DNA of 63,221 nucleotides, the filler included, from an uncultured bacterium (lineage in GTDB: Bacteria > JAGOEH01): assembly GCA_964632485.1 (NCBI GenBank). It is 4 parts of 4 records of this genome, joined end to end, with 100 filler letters (N's around TTAATTAATTAA, not from the genome) between each part and the next. Parts side by side here need not be neighbours in the genome. Positions count along the whole stretch, not along the records: positions 1 to 17,183 come from CAZWDO010000040.1; positions 17,284 to 34,047 come from CAZWDO010000041.1; 2 more parts are not named here. The stretch is one strand, 5' to 3'. The notes under the pieces were generated by a model. It made no database searches and was not told the origin of the DNA. It worked only from the letters and a program-made list of their open reading frames with translations. Numbering within the stretch: the stretch's first letter is position 1; each line of letters begins with the position of its first letter. Shown here one piece after another: positions 9,520 to 19,560 of the stretch. The position numbers and the translations under genes were made by a program.

Positions 9520-10820
9520 TCCACGCTCCTATTGAAAAAACTGTTTTGGAAAATGGTTTGACAATCTATTCGGAAAACAGCCCGCACTTTAATTCTATCG
9601 CATTGGGTATATGGATTCGTACCGGCGTTATCGATGAATCTGCGCTGAATATGGGTATTTCACATTTTATTGAACATATGAATTTTAAAGGAACCGAAAA
9701 ACGAAACCCCTTTGAAATCGCCAATTTTCTCGAATCGAACGGGGGTCAGATTAATGCCTTCACCAGTCGCGAACTTACTTGTTTCTATGTCCGGATTCTG
9801 CCGGAGCACTTAGAACAGGCGATCGATCTGCTCAACGACATTATCTACCACTCCATATTCCCTCCGGATGAAATTGAAAAAGAAAAATTGATTGTACTCG
9901 AAGAATTGCGCGACGTATGGGATAATCCCAGCGAGTTGGCAGGCGACCTGTTCTATGAAACATTTTTCGGGGATCACCCATTGGGATATCAAATCCTCGG
10001 CTCAAAAGAAACTATCAACAGCTTTACCCGCAACCAGTTAATTGAATACCGGGAGAAACAGTATCATCCCGGAAATGTCGTAATCAGCGCCTCAGGCCCT
10101 GTTGAACATCAGCGTCTTATCGATCTGATCTATCATTATTTTCAACCCTCTATGACCTCTCGGCCACAAACTGACTCCATTTCAACGTTTTCCTTCACTC
10201 ACCAGGCTAAAAGCTATTTGATCAACACCAAACTCAGCCAAATTCATCTCTGTATGGGTTGTCCGGTTATGAGTTATCACGACGCCAACAAATGGGAGCT
10301 CATTCTGTTCAACACCCTGCTGGGCAGTGGCATGTCTTCGATCCTTTTTCAGGAAATCCGTGAAAAACTCGGCATCGCTTATTCAATTACAAGCTTTATC
10401 GATTTCTATCAGCATATCGGTATCTGGGCTATTTACTGGTCCACTGAACACAAAAAATTAAAGCCATCATTTGAAAAAGTTCAGACACTAATCAATAGTC
10501 TCGGTAAAGAATATCCCATCACCCAAAATCAGTTGGATAGCGCTAAAAACCAGCTTAAAAGTTCTCTATTAATGTCCCAGGAAAGTGTTTCAAACCGCAT
10601 GAACCGACTCGCGAAGAACCACATCTATTATGGACGTATCATCCCTATCGAAGAGATTATTGGCCATATCGATGCCATCAACTTGGAACATCTACTGCAT
10701 ATCACCCAGCGCCTTATAATCGATAAACCCATGACAATCACTGCCGTCGGACACTTTAAAAAGATACCGGATTATTTGCCCGAAGTAACAATGCAAAAAA
10801 TGGATAGTATTATTCACTAA
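9516..10820 (+). CDS. M16 (pitrilysin) family zinc peptidase
   Basis: HFIEHMNFKGT inverted zinc motif, NAFTS, GMSSILFQEIREKLGIAYSI. Confidence 0.93.
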   Translation: MIHAPIEKTVLENGLTIYSENSPHFNSIALGIWIRTGVIDESALNMGISHFIEHMNFKGTEKRNPFEIANFLESNGGQINAFTSRELTCFYVRILPEHLEQAIDLLNDIIYHSIFPPDEIEKEKLIVLEELRDVWDNPSELAGDLFYETFFGDHPLGYQILGSKETINSFTRNQLIEYREKQYHPGNVVISASGPVEHQRLIDLIYHYFQPSMTSRPQTDSISTFSFTHQAKSYLINTKLSQIHLCMGCPVMSYHDANKWELILFNTLLGSGMSSILFQEIREKLGIAYSITSFIDFYQHIGIWAIYWSTEHKKLKPSFEKVQTLINSLGKEYPITQNQLDSAKNQLKSSLLMSQESVSNRMNRLAKNHIYYGRIIPIEEIIGHIDAINLEHLLHITQRLIIDKPMTITAVGHFKKIPDYLPEVTMQKMDSIIH

Positions 10821-10907
10821 AGAAAAAACTATTTTTTTTGCAAACTTGATTTTATTTCAATTTCATATATATTGAAAGTAAAACCACACCTATCAAAGGA
10901 GTATCTC

Positions 10908-11354
10908 ATGAAAGTTGAGCAAATCCTGAAGGACAAATCCAACGAAATTATTAGTATCGATCATGAGGCCGTCATTGCCGATGCGGTACGCCTATTAAGT
11001 GAAAAACATATAGGCGTTTTGATCGTCAATGATCAGCATGGAAAAATTCACGGTATTATTTCCGAACGCGATATCGTAAAAGCCTGCCATAGTAATCCGG
11101 GAAACGTCAAAGGTTTATCCGTAGCAAACGTCATGACTCCAAGAGAGAAACTGATCATTGCCACTCAGTCCGATGATATTAATGCCATCATGAATATGAT
11201 GACTAATAATCGCATTCGCCATATCCCAGTGATCGAAAACAACCAAATAATCGGCATGTTGTCAATTGGTGATATTATCAAAGCGATCCTGGAAGTAGCC
11301 CATCATGAAAACAGAATGCTGAAGGATTTTATAGACGCAAAGTACCCGGCCTGA
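10908..11354 (+). CDS. CBS domain pair protein
   Basis: GIISERDIV and IRHIPVI...GMLSIGDII; AAAGGAG RBS before ATG 10908. Confidence 0.92.
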   Translation: MKVEQILKDKSNEIISIDHEAVIADAVRLLSEKHIGVLIVNDQHGKIHGIISERDIVKACHSNPGNVKGLSVANVMTPREKLIIATQSDDINAIMNMMTNNRIRHIPVIENNQIIGMLSIGDIIKAILEVAHHENRMLKDFIDAKYPA

Positions 11355-11373
11355 ACGCTATATCAATAATTAA

Positions 11374-11408
11374 TAAAAAAAGGCAATAAATGATCATTGC
11401 CTTTTTTA
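11374..11408. terminator. Bidirectional intrinsic terminator
   Basis: AAAAAAAGGCAAT-AAATGATC-ATTGCCTTTTTT between convergent genes. Confidence 0.85.
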
Positions 11409-11475
11409 TATATAGCGGATCGGGAGTTACAGAAAATCACGAGACGCGTGATTGGTTTCTCACCGATAGATCATC

Positions 11476-12441
11476 TTAATGCAACTGAATATCTCCACTA
11501 AAAGTATTGATATTGACATCTCCTTTAGCTGAACCCAGTTCCAGGCGAAGTTTGGAGCCGGGACCGTGTTCCGATTCCAGCGCTTCATCGTGGGTGATCT
11601 GATTCGAAACACTCCCACTAAACGTTTTAGCTTGCAGGCGAATATCAAGCTTACCGATCAATTCGAGATACACATCACCACTAACACTATTCAAGTCAAT
11701 ACGGGGGGAGCTCAATCCTTTGAAATGGAGTTCGATATCTCCTGAAGTGGTGTTGGCTTTGACGCGTTCAGCCCCCTCGATAGAGCCGGTGATATCGCCG
11801 CTGACACTCTTGATATTCATCTCGCGAACAGGATCCAGGCTAAAGGTGATTTCTCCACTTACGGTTTCAATATCAAGAACTTCAGTATGAACGGCCATTC
11901 CCCCTGATTTTGTCGCATCAAGTTCTTTTTGTCCACGGAAAGTTGAAGTAATTGCGGACAGGCGATGATCTGTTTCTATATCGCCACTGACACTTTGCAA
12001 TGTGATTTCTTTCGCAATAAAACTTCCCGACAAATCACCACTCACACTTTTTAGATAAATTTCATTACTTGCCACATCCTTAAGGGCAATCGAAGCGCTG
12101 ACTGTTGTTATCTTTAGATTTAGATAGGCTGGTAATTCTATCGCCAACTCAACATCACCGTCAATATTCCAACCTGATTTCGGTAGTTTAACTTCAACAT
12201 AAACGGTCGTAGGCGTTGTTTTTATTTCAAGCTTTTCAACATCTTCCCCCAAAAAACCGTCCATTTTAATTTCATGGTTTGCGGTCCCACTCAATTTCAA
12301 ATCACCGGAAACGATGGAAATCTCGAGAAATCTGACCGATTCGGTAATCTCGATTTTCTGATGATAAGCCTGTTTACCTTTAGCGAAAGACAGACTGCAC
12401 ACGGCGAGTAAAAGAATTAGAAAACATGAGCGTTTGAACAT
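11476..12441 (-). CDS. Exported DUF4097 beta-strand repeat protein
   Basis: Signal peptide MFKRSCFLILLLAVCSLSFA; repeated S/T-V-S-G-D-I motifs; ATG 12441 after AAGGAAG. Confidence 0.85.
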   Translation of the reverse strand: MFKRSCFLILLLAVCSLSFAKGKQAYHQKIEITESVRFLEISIVSGDLKLSGTANHEIKMDGFLGEDVEKLEIKTTPTTVYVEVKLPKSGWNIDGDVELAIELPAYLNLKITTVSASIALKDVASNEIYLKSVSGDLSGSFIAKEITLQSVSGDIETDHRLSAITSTFRGQKELDATKSGGMAVHTEVLDIETVSGEITFSLDPVREMNIKSVSGDITGSIEGAERVKANTTSGDIELHFKGLSSPRIDLNSVSGDVYLELIGKLDIRLQAKTFSGSVSNQITHDEALESEHGPGSKLRLELGSAKGDVNINTFSGDIQLH

Positions 12442-12454
12442 AACACACTTCCTT

Positions 12455-13063
12455 TTAAAAAATAGTTGATAGTTGAGATTGTTCAAGACGTAACGCCAAG
12501 GCCTGGTCCTCAACGACTTTCAACCAATAAGCCAGATCTGAATTCATCGGATAGCGCTGACAAAGTTGAGCGATTTGAGTTCTCAATTTTTGAATTTCAC
12601 TTAATTGTGTTTCGACAAGTGAGTCAATGAGTTCAGACTGACGTGTAGATTGAGGTTGAAACCGGGTGAGTTGGAGTTGCGCCTGGGCCATCGCATATTC
12701 CACTTGAAGCGCTTCCTGATTCCAATTGGTATGATCAGTGGGAACGGAAATTTTTTGATACCAGTTTCTCATCGACCAGGCTGTCATCAGAGTGATGATC
12801 AAGGAAGCAGCGATTAACCATATTTTTTTCTGCCATACTGGTTCAGTAGTAATTTTCATTTCAATCCGCTTCCAAACATCAGGATTGGGTTCAGTAGCGC
12901 GAGTCAGTTTCTTGATTTCCCGGGACAAACGGCAACGCCATTCCCAATACTCACGACAAGAAGAACATTCCTGGATATGAGAATGGGTTTCTTTTAAAAA
13001 CTGCGGATCAACAGTGATTAACGATTCCTCATCCATCTTTTGCCTGAATTCCTGACAGGTCAT
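12455..13063 (-). CDS. Zinc-finger (ZAS, zf-HC2) anti-sigma factor
   Basis: MTCQE...HIQECSSC (HxxxCxxC), one TM helix, overlaps the ECF sigma stop codon. Confidence 0.8.
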   Translation of the reverse strand: MTCQEFRQKMDEESLITVDPQFLKETHSHIQECSSCREYWEWRCRLSREIKKLTRATEPNPDVWKRIEMKITTEPVWQKKIWLIAASLIITLMTAWSMRNWYQKISVPTDHTNWNQEALQVEYAMAQAQLQLTRFQPQSTRQSELIDSLVETQLSEIQKLRTQIAQLCQRYPMNSDLAYWLKVVEDQALALRLEQSQLSTIF

Positions 13064-13575
13064 ATTAATACCTCCTTCAACAGATTACGCGCGCGTCGCA
13101 ACTGCGCTTTTGAGGTTCCAACGGCGATGCCCAATAAATCCCCAATTTCTTCATGCTTGTATCCTTCAACATCATGAAGCACAAATACCATCCGGGCGCC
13201 CAGTGGTAATTGCGTAATCGCCTCTTCCAGTTCAAGTTTCAATAACGGTTCCTCCCTTGCCGGCAAAGCGGCGCTATAATCCTCATTTGTCCATACAACA
13301 CTCTGTTTTTTACGCAAATACCCCCAGGCTTCTCTGACTGCAATGCGATATAGCCAACTTTTCAGAGAAGAACGGCTCTCGAATTTTTCAATTTTCCGCC
13401 AAACAATCAAAAATACGTCCTGGGTGATCTCCTCGGCTTCCGGAACGCGGCCGAGTATCCGGTAAACCAGAGTATATACATACGGCGCCAGGCAATCGTA
13501 CATCAAGCGGAACGCATCTTTATCGCCGGATTGGATTTGCCGGACCAGTCTCTGTTCGTCATGGGAGAGTGACAT
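13060..13575 (-). CDS. ECF RNA polymerase sigma factor
   Basis: AEEITQDVF, SLKSWLYRIA, region 4 VFVLHDVEGYKHEEIGDLLGIAVGTSKAQLRRAR. Confidence 0.95.
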   Translation of the reverse strand: MSLSHDEQRLVRQIQSGDKDAFRLMYDCLAPYVYTLVYRILGRVPEAEEITQDVFLIVWRKIEKFESRSSLKSWLYRIAVREAWGYLRKKQSVVWTNEDYSAALPAREEPLLKLELEEAITQLPLGARMVFVLHDVEGYKHEEIGDLLGIAVGTSKAQLRRARNLLKEVLI

Positions 13576-13602
13576 GGGACTCCTTTTTCTTTACCTATAC
13601 AC

Positions 13603-13631
13603 TAAGATGAAAAAAAAGTTGAAAAGGTTTA
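13603..13631 (-). promoter_or_regulatory. Putative autoregulatory ECF-type promoter
   Basis: Minus strand AAAC-N17-CATC about 30 nt upstream of the sigma start, resembling the AAC-N17-CGT ECF consensus. Confidence 0.45.
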
Positions 13632-13667
13632 AATTTAAATTTTATCGCAGTCTATAATTTTACATTT

Positions 13668-13694
13668 AAAAAAGGGCTGGCGCTACGCCAGCCC
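13668..13694 (-). terminator. Intrinsic terminator of tpx
   Basis: GGGCTGGCG-3 nt-CGCCAGCCC hairpin followed by T6 on the minus strand. Confidence 0.85.
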
Positions 13695-13711
13695 CGTATC
13701 AAGGCTTGTTA

Positions 13712-14215
13712 TTATTGATTCAATGCGTTCAAAGCGGCTGTATAATCGGGTTCCTGACCGATTTCCGGCACCTGCTCCGTGTAGATGATCCGATGGGATT
13801 CATCCAATATGATCACCGAGCGCGAAAAAAGCCCGGTTAACGGACCATCGACGATTTTGAGTCCATAAGCAAGGCCGAAATCGTCCACGCGGAATTCGGA
13901 CAACGTCACGACATTGGCAATGCCTTCAGCCCCGCAGAAACGGGCATGCGCAAAGGGCAAATCACGCGAAATACATAACACAACACAATTGCTCAATCGC
14001 CCCGCTTCCTGATTGAAACGCCGAACAGAAGCGGCGCAAACCGGAGTGTCAATACTGGGGAACACATTCAAAATAAGCCGTTTACCGGCAAAATCCTCAA
14101 GGACAACATCATTCAAATCAGAACGAGTCAGCTTGAATTCAAGCGCAAGCGCGCCTTTTTCCGGCAAATGGCCACTGGTATGAATTTCATTTCCCTTCAA
14201 TTTTATCGCGCTCAT
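13712..14215 (-). CDS. tpx: Thiol peroxidase (atypical 2-Cys peroxiredoxin)
   Basis: FPSIDTPVCAASVRRFN, DLPFAHARFCGAEGI; ATG 14215 after AAGGAG gives 167 aa (the ORF track over-extends it). Confidence 0.96.
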   Translation of the reverse strand: MSAIKLKGNEIHTSGHLPEKGALALEFKLTRSDLNDVVLEDFAGKRLILNVFPSIDTPVCAASVRRFNQEAGRLSNCVVLCISRDLPFAHARFCGAEGIANVVTLSEFRVDDFGLAYGLKIVDGPLTGLFSRSVIILDESHRIIYTEQVPEIGQEPDYTAALNALNQ

Positions 14216-14451
14216 AACATTCTCCTTTAAAAATAATAAATGATTGCATCTAAAATACGTGTTCTCATTCCACTCCCTAAAAGAGTATTTTGTTCCCATA
14301 AAGATTTTATAATTAACGAATTTTACAAAACTCAGATTATTAGACTCTCTATCGATACACAACGCGTCGATTTTGAAAACGACTATATCCCGTGGTAAAA
14401 AGCGCGTTTTAAGAAGGTCAACACCCAATTGCCGATGTTTATTGTGAAATA

Positions 14452-15839
14452 TCAAAAGAATACGCGGTAAAGAAGCTTGAAATTACGACCCGGCTCGGGC
14501 ATGACCGATTTTGTTCCCAACCGGAATAGACTTAACAACTCAGGCCAGATTCCTCATTTAATTGCGCATTGCCGACTTCATAGGAAAAAGCCGCAAGATG
14601 AGGACCTTGCGAAAAGAGTTCCTCCGCTGTGGGACCCCGATAGGCGCGGCTGAGTATGACTCCGCTTTTCAACCCACATTTCCAGTTCCATTCGGTCTTT
14701 AGCGAAAGCGAACTCCCATGAAATAATCGACGTTGAATGAACCCGACAACTGGATTAAAAATTCCCTCTTCATCATCATCGGGATCGATCACGCGTTGAT
14801 CGAAACGAGCAGCAGCTTCCACTGACAAGATATCATTTCGCCACCCGCAAAATCCATACAGCGAGGCGGTTTGCTGATCCGTATCCGGAGCAAAGGATAA
14901 CCCGCCGATCTGGTAACGCATCCATTCCACGCTGGCCCCCCATTCACTTTTGAAGCGCGAGGAAAAAATGGTAACAGGATTTACCGTCATGGCGGAATTA
15001 ACCGATTCCACCATAAACGTAAGCGCAACCAAACCGCTGCGTTCCAATTCCTCATGCCGGTAGCGGCGATACTGGCTGGTCAGTGTCAACCGCTCGACTC
15101 CTGACATCGGTTTTTCAACGATAATACGCGAGAGAGCTTGACGCCGATTCATGCGAATCGTAACGTCCCTGGAGTGCCCGCCTTTAAAACCTCCGGGTAT
15201 CCCATAATGGTTGTCATATAGGCCAATCGCTCCACCCATCGCGCCCCAGCGGCGGAAACAGGCAGTTCCAAACGAAACATCTTCGGCGGCCATGGCAGTA
15301 TTAGCAAGCGTCCCCCGGGGCGAGTCCACATCCCGAGAACGGCGCAATGTTCCTTTTGCTGTAAACCCCCAATTATAATACGGAAAAGAAAAAGCGACTC
15401 CTTGAGCAATCCCCCGATTCACCGATTCCACCTGCATCGAACAATTACCAGTTCCTTTATTGGGATGGGAAGCAGGAATCGCATTTCGGCGCACACGAAC
15501 GCTATCCATTTGAAATGGCGCGCTTTTCAGCTCAACAATGAGCTGAGTCTGTTGATACGCTGTGATTTGCGTTTGACGCGTTTCTTCTTCGTACCCTACG
15601 CGTTTGAAATTAATTCTATAATTTCCAGAAGGAAGCGAATCTATATAAAACGAACCGTCCCGATGGGAAAGAACTTTCAAATTAAGATCGGGAAGCTCAA
15701 TTTGACAATATTCCAATTGGTCATGGGTTTCCTGATCAAAAATTCGTCCCCAAATGGTTCCCGTCTTAAGATTGCCCGTCACCCGATCAGGCGCAAGGAA
15801 AGCCAAACCGAACAAAAACCATATCCAATTATTTCTCAT
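14452..15839 (-). pseudogene. TonB-dependent receptor (ZnuD-like) with plug domain and part of the barrel deleted
   Basis: Signal peptide, carboxypeptidase-regulatory-like domain, YGIPGG..GGH and RGPTAEELFSQGPHLAAFSYEVGN barrel motifs; stop at 14532; the C-terminus KSVMPEPGRNFKLLYRVFF* survives in another frame at about 14529-14452. Confidence 0.8.
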
Positions 15840-15909
15840 AATCACCTTCATTTAAATTCCGCGCGATTATTAGCGCCAGAATAAGTTAAATCAGAAATAT
15901 GCACAAAAT

Positions 15910-16446
15910 TCAGCCATTATTAATATCAATTTTATCCAACAGGGGAAGGGGAGGGCCTTGCTGAGGTTCCGTAACCGTTATCGGTAGCCAAACGCTATCC
16001 GGCATGATAAATCCGTAATGATCCTCATGCACTAATGCGATATGCAAGCCAGTCAATCCTTGACTTTTTCCAACGACATGGAAACCCCAATCCTCGCCAT
16101 TACTCTGATCATGACGGAAAATGCTTGCCAGACTAGTATCGCGAACGGTCAACTCCAACTCATGATGAGCATCATTGAGGCTGGATGTCGTTTGGGGATT
16201 GAATTCCATACTATCCTGATCGAGAAACCAAACAGAAATATGGCCGCTTTGGCTGCCTTCACTGATAGAAATTCCTGAGTTGGCGCTGAACTCTCCTTTA
16301 AAGTAACGCCCAACCTCCACACCGCTATCATAAAGCGCGAATCCCCAGGGCATCACATGTTCACCAATATCTTCACCTTTATCTTTACTGCAAAATATAC
16401 CCGTCATCATAGCGGTCAGCAGCAAATAAAACGTTATCCTAATCAT
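15910..16446 (-). CDS. Putative His-motif metal-binding lipoprotein
   Basis: Signal peptide ending GIF-C; DAHHEL, RHD and LVHEDHYGF motifs; GAAAGGAG RBS; upstream of the TBDR. Confidence 0.6.
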   Translation of the reverse strand: MIRITFYLLLTAMMTGIFCSKDKGEDIGEHVMPWGFALYDSGVEVGRYFKGEFSANSGISISEGSQSGHISVWFLDQDSMEFNPQTTSSLNDAHHELELTVRDTSLASIFRHDQSNGEDWGFHVVGKSQGLTGLHIALVHEDHYGFIMPDSVWLPITVTEPQQGPPLPLLDKIDINNG

Positions 16447-16675
16447 ATTTCAATTCTCCTTTCGATTCATTATGGTATATCGTTTCCATATTCAATAAGC
16501 AATCTAAAACAGCATCACGCATCAATCATACCAGTCGGAATAAAAGCTGCTTTCAAATAAAGGCCTCACAGTTCAGGATATAGCCTATTGCTGATTTATA
16601 TAGTTTAACACCAGTTAAATAGACGATTAATCACCTATTGAGGGAAACAAAAAAGATTTAATGGGAGTAATTTAA

Positions 16676-16978
16676 TTAAGGATAGAAAGGAGGAGAGCGA
16701 TTCCGTTTACAAAAAATAAGAATAGTCGATGAAAAAATCGACAAAAAAACAGAGTTTCTTGAAACACTGGCGCAGAGTGTCAGAACAAAGAGAGCGACGA
16801 TGACAATGGCATTTAGCGCCAAAAGCAATTGATGAGCCGGGCAATCATCATGATGATGAAAATCGGGTTTGTGATTATGAAATGAATCCAAAAGTGCCGT
16901 ATGAAAGACTACGGTAACCATTAACCAGACAGTGATTATAACAAAAATCAGTTGCCTGTGCTTTAATTGCAGCTTCAA
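16676..16978 (-). CDS. DUF2946/CruR-like leader protein
   Basis: TM helix, HNHKPDFHHHDDCPAH, second hydrophobic helix, C-terminal RSPP; start uncertain (TTG 16978 chosen, ORF track 17062). Confidence 0.65.
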   Translation of the reverse strand: MKLQLKHRQLIFVIITVWLMVTVVFHTALLDSFHNHKPDFHHHDDCPAHQLLLALNAIVIVALFVLTLCASVSRNSVFLSIFSSTILIFCKRNRSPPFYP

Positions 16979-17132
16979 ACTATATATCTTTTGCGCTTTA
17001 TTGGAATAATTAACAGCGAACTGCTTAGATTTAATTTCCACATGAAATGGTAACCCTCTCATTAGCGTACCGCAGGATTCAGGGTAGAATATAAGGGAAA
17101 AAAAGTAAACCTAAAAAAAACTGGAATTAGGT

Positions 17133-17173
17133 CAAAAAAAAAAGCCCATCGTGATATATAACGAATGGGCTTT
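17133..17173 (-). terminator. Intrinsic terminator of a gene beyond the contig end
   Basis: AAAGCCCATCGT...ACGAATGGGCTTT hairpin with a long T run on the minus strand. Confidence 0.65.
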
Positions 17174-17183
17174 AAGGAGTAGC

Positions 17184-17283
17184 NNNNNNNNNNNNNNNNN
17201 NNNNNNNNNNNNNNNNNNNNNNNNNNNTTAATTAATTAANNNNNNNNNNNNNNNNNNNNNNNNNNNNNNNNNNNNNNNNNNNN
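17184..17283. other. Artificial contig linker
   Basis: N44-TTAATTAATTAA-N44, stops in all six frames. Confidence 0.98.
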
Positions 17284-17905
17284 CCGGTTTAGCGGGAATT
17301 TAGAAGTACTCTCCATTTTCAACTGATGCAGAACAGTAGAAAGTCAAGAATAAATTAAGCGGTTTGATTGATTTCACGATTTTCTCCTTTTTTTCGTCCA
17401 GAGAATTTTTGCATATATATTTTGTATTGTGTTGGAACTGATACATTCTTAAAGAAGCATTGTTGACCTACTCAACGAACATTGTGATACTACAGTTCAA
17501 ATTGAGCCAGTAAAATGTTTGAGAATTACAGTATCAAAAGAAACTCATGATTTGTTTTATAAGAAAGGAATGAGGCTTTCGAAAGATAATATAGAGGCGG
17601 TCAAGCATTTTATGAAAATATATGGATTAGCATCTGAATTTAAAATGTATTATGATTTCGTTGTTGAATAAATGGATTTTAAGGTTATTGATTGTACTTT
17701 AAAAATTGCATGAAGAGTGCAATACTAATTGATAGCTTCTGGAGTATCGCGTGGCCAGGGCATATTTTAGAAGAAGCAAAAACACAGAATAATATAAATA
17801 TTTTTGTGAAATAGTGTTGGCACGAGATATGCATATTACTATTTTGACCAGGATCAAGTATAAGCCTGGACGAATTGGCCAACAATTATTCATAGGAGGC
17901 AAAAC

Positions 17906-18065
17906 ATGATTCAGAAGCGTAAGGAATTGTGGAAAGCAAAACAAAATGACCCCGATGATTGACATGATCTTTCTTCTGTTGATTTTCTTTATGGTTAATC
18001 TGAGTATTGGAAAACCCGATCCAGATTATTTACTGTATTACCGATCTAAACATGGAGGGCATTGA
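17906..18065 (+). pseudogene. ExbD/TolR N-terminal remnant
   Basis: AGGAGG RBS then MIQKRKELWKAKQN, frameshift, then MTPMIDMIFLLLIFFMV (ExbD TM signature, ATG 17946); periplasmic domain missing. Confidence 0.7.
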
Positions 18066-18067
18066 AA

Positions 18068-18559
18068 ATGAATCAGCATGTTAAATACCTGATCAAGTTG
18101 AATATTGGATTATTGATATTATTTTTTCCGATTTTCTTAATTGTTATGGTTATTCTGGAATTAATCGCAGCTATTATTGGATTATCGTACGAAACGGTTA
18201 ATGTGATTGTATATTATGTGATTATTCCTCTATCCTGGTTTATTCTCCTAATCATTGCAGGATTCAAGAGAAATAACAAGTATGCTGTGATGGGTGGCGG
18301 ATTATTGACAATATTATACTGCTATTTTCCTATTTCAATTCTTCTTAAGGGAAATGGGGGCGTGATGGTGCAATATTTATGGGATCAATCTGTCAGTTTT
18401 TTAAATAGCTTTGGCAATCAGGATGTAATGTATTTAATTATGTCGGTGTTGGTTTGCGTGAATGGAGTGGTCATGGTCTATCATTTCCTGAGCCTTCAAA
18501 TATCCGATCACTACTATTTATGGATTACCGGAAAGAATAGAAATCGCAACAAAATTTGA
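18068..18559 (+). CDS. Hypothetical membrane protein
   Basis: About four hydrophobic helices, GGAGG RBS, AT-rich. Confidence 0.6.
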   Translation: MNQHVKYLIKLNIGLLILFFPIFLIVMVILELIAAIIGLSYETVNVIVYYVIIPLSWFILLIIAGFKRNNKYAVMGGGLLTILYCYFPISILLKGNGGVMVQYLWDQSVSFLNSFGNQDVMYLIMSVLVCVNGVVMVYHFLSLQISDHYYLWITGKNRNRNKI

Positions 18560-18597
18560 AACACTAACTTTAAATGGTTAGAAACAGGAGGAATAAG

Positions 18598-18777
18598 ATG
18601 AAAAGAGAAATTGAAACGGTAGAGAGAAAACAGTATGTCAAAGCCACGCAGCCATCAAGCAAGTACACATTTTCACAACCGATTAAACCCAAATTGAACC
18701 GGGAACATTGGAGGAAAGTTGGCATATTATTCATAATCATCGTGGTTCTGATTCAATTATCCAGATTCTTCGGTTGA
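18598..18777 (+). CDS. Small hypothetical protein with C-terminal TM helix
   Basis: AGGAGG RBS before ATG 18598; basic N-terminus, hydrophobic tail. Confidence 0.5.
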   Translation: MKREIETVERKQYVKATQPSSKYTFSQPIKPKLNREHWRKVGILFIIIVVLIQLSRFFG

Positions 18778-18937
18778 TGCACTATTGATCTTTTCGATTT
18801 GAGGATTCCGCAATAATAATGATCTGCTCAACCGAAAATCGGGATGATTTCATGATCTGCTCCTTTCAGGTTCTTTTTCCTAATGTAAGTCTTTTTCTCA
18901 CACTTTTCAACTTCCAATAATCGGGGGCATATCAGCC

Positions 18938-19529
18938 GGTGGTGTGTATTATACGCCCAAATATATTGTGAACTATATTGTCGAGAATACAGTAGGAGAG
19001 AAAATCAAGGATAAATCACCGGAGGAAATATCACAGATATCAATATGTGATCCAGCTTGCGGGTCCGGATCGTTTCTGGTTGGGGCTTATACATGTTTGC
19101 TAAATTATCATCTTCAGTATTACACCCGGGATAAACAAATCAAATCTTCATTAAAACAGCATAAGATATTTGAAGTTTCGGACAAATAATACCGCTTGAC
19201 CATAGAAGAGAAACAGCAGATATTACTGAACAATATTTATGGGGTGGATATTGATCAGCAGGCAGTTGAAGTATCGAAATTATCATTTATATTTGAAATT
19301 ATTGGAGAATGGAGGCAGTGAAAGCCAGGGACGGTTATTCAGGCACAGCGATTTAAAATTGCTGCCGGACTTATTAAACAACATTAAATGCTGGAACTCA
19401 TTGATTGGCAGCGATTATTATGCGGATAAAGATATGAATTTGTTTGTGACAGAACAACTGCGCAAGGTGAACATCATGGACTGGACCAAAGCGTTCTCCG
19501 AGTGCCAGAATACTAATCCTAACGGTTAA
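18938..19529 (+). pseudogene. Type IIG (Eco57I-like) restriction-modification enzyme fragment
   Basis: GGVYYTPKYIV, ICDPACGSGSFL, in-frame stop at 19187-19189, NNIYGVDID..AVEVSKLS, frameshift, LLPDL.NNIKC.NSLIG; both ends missing. Confidence 0.85.
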
Positions 19530-19560
19530 AAGCAAACGTTTTAACGGACGATGTGAATAA

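Noticed and set aside
13712..14455. 247-aa extended Tpx in the ORF track
   Set aside because: The RBS and family length support ATG 14215; the extension is incidental open frame.
17228..17239. TTAATTAATTAA repeated three times in the window
   Set aside because: Assembly linker, not a biological repeat or CRISPR.
17284..17335. Possible IS end at the contig edge (reverse complement starts TGTTCTGCATCAGTTGAAAATG)
   Set aside because: No second copy or transposase in the window; family cannot be assigned.
17455..17815. Start-less AT-rich open frames
   Set aside because: Probably decayed genes but no recognisable family.
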